From Mobula hypostoma (taxonomy: Eukaryota): DNA of 64,000 nucleotides. Position 1 is the first letter of the stretch. Every line of letters starts with the position of its first letter. The stretch spans positions 62,746,001 to 62,810,000 of the forward strand of contig NC_086108.1 in NCBI RefSeq assembly GCF_963921235.1. The letters run 5' to 3'. A program made the translations under genes and the position numbers. The notes under the pieces are model-generated. The model did no database searches, was not told where the DNA came from, and saw only the letters and a program-made list of their open reading frames with translations. Below are positions 63,101 to 64,000 of this stretch, piece after piece.

Positions 63101-64000
63101 CAAAATGATGTCACAATTTACATTGTTATGATCTTACGCATTATTCTTCTGCCTGCACTGTACTTTCTCTGTAGCCGTAATACTTTATTCTATATTCTGA
63201 TACTGTTTTATCTGGTACCCCTGTGCTCTGTGTAATAATTTGATCTATATGAACAGTATGCAAGTCTGCCTGTGACAACACCAAACCAATTCCAATTTCA
63301 AAAGCGCCCACTGAGGTGAATGTCTTTCCTTTTCCAACACTCACTTCTAACAGGTCTCAATTCAAAAAGATTTATGGAGTCCATTAACTGTGATGTCACC
63401 AATCTGGCTGAGCAGCCAGTCACAAAGAAATCTCAGTCAGCACATTGAAAAGCAAAATGAATAATTGATTAACTTTTAATTAACTGTAAAATATTATACC
63501 GCTAAGAACAGAGCATACATATGGTTATCGTGGAATATAAAATATCATAAGTAAATATTTAAAGTTTTATTTTAAAATTACTTTGCTTAGAAAATGGATT
63601 GTATAGAGGTTTGTCCTTGTGAGTTTGTGGTTTTACTTCCATAAAAATAAAATATAATTTAAACTTAGATTTATCAGGTGGATCATGTCTGTGAATTTTG
63701 TTCTCATTCCTTCATGCACAGATCAATCAATATGTAATGCATGCCTGGGCAATAGTTAGTTGCTTTCACTGATGCCTGTATAGTTCATGCCAACCAAAAA
63801 TCATTCATATATGAACAAGCCTTCAAAGCACCTGATAGACTTATTCATTATTACTTAAAGGAAAGGTATCAATAACACCTACCCTCTGCTTCTAATTTTA
63901 TACTTACAGCACAGTTGATAATCACATTTGCTTTGTATAACAGTTGAACATTTATTCATTAAGTTTGTTATGATTTTGCATCACTGAATTGGAGTACCAG

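Overview
AT-rich, repeat-dense vertebrate DNA. The repeat set (CR1 LINEs with esterase ORF1, Rex1/Babar, L1/Tx1, RTE-derived elements, V-SINEs, Penelope fragments) suggests a cartilaginous fish, probably a ray or shark; this is an inference. I found no convincing host protein-coding exon, and the ORF-track hits I can assign are transposon fragments. Best-supported structures: (1) a young, nearly intact Ty3/Gypsy LTR retrotransposon on the minus strand (20812-25315, TSD GCACC) nested in a CR1. It has no tRNA PBS; that position holds a perfect 15-nt complement of its own LTR poly(A)-signal region, and its RT motif reads YLDN. (2) A non-autonomous, apparently chimeric sushi/chromovirus-like LTR element (4457-6839, TSD GATGC). 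(3) Penelope pseudo-LTR fragments, two with intact minimal hammerhead ribozymes 328 nt apart. (4) hAT and Tc1 DNA-transposon remnants. (5) An orphan CpG island with promoter motifs at about 42.3-42.7 kb. Boundaries of decayed repeats are approximate, and family calls come from recognised motifs, not database searches.
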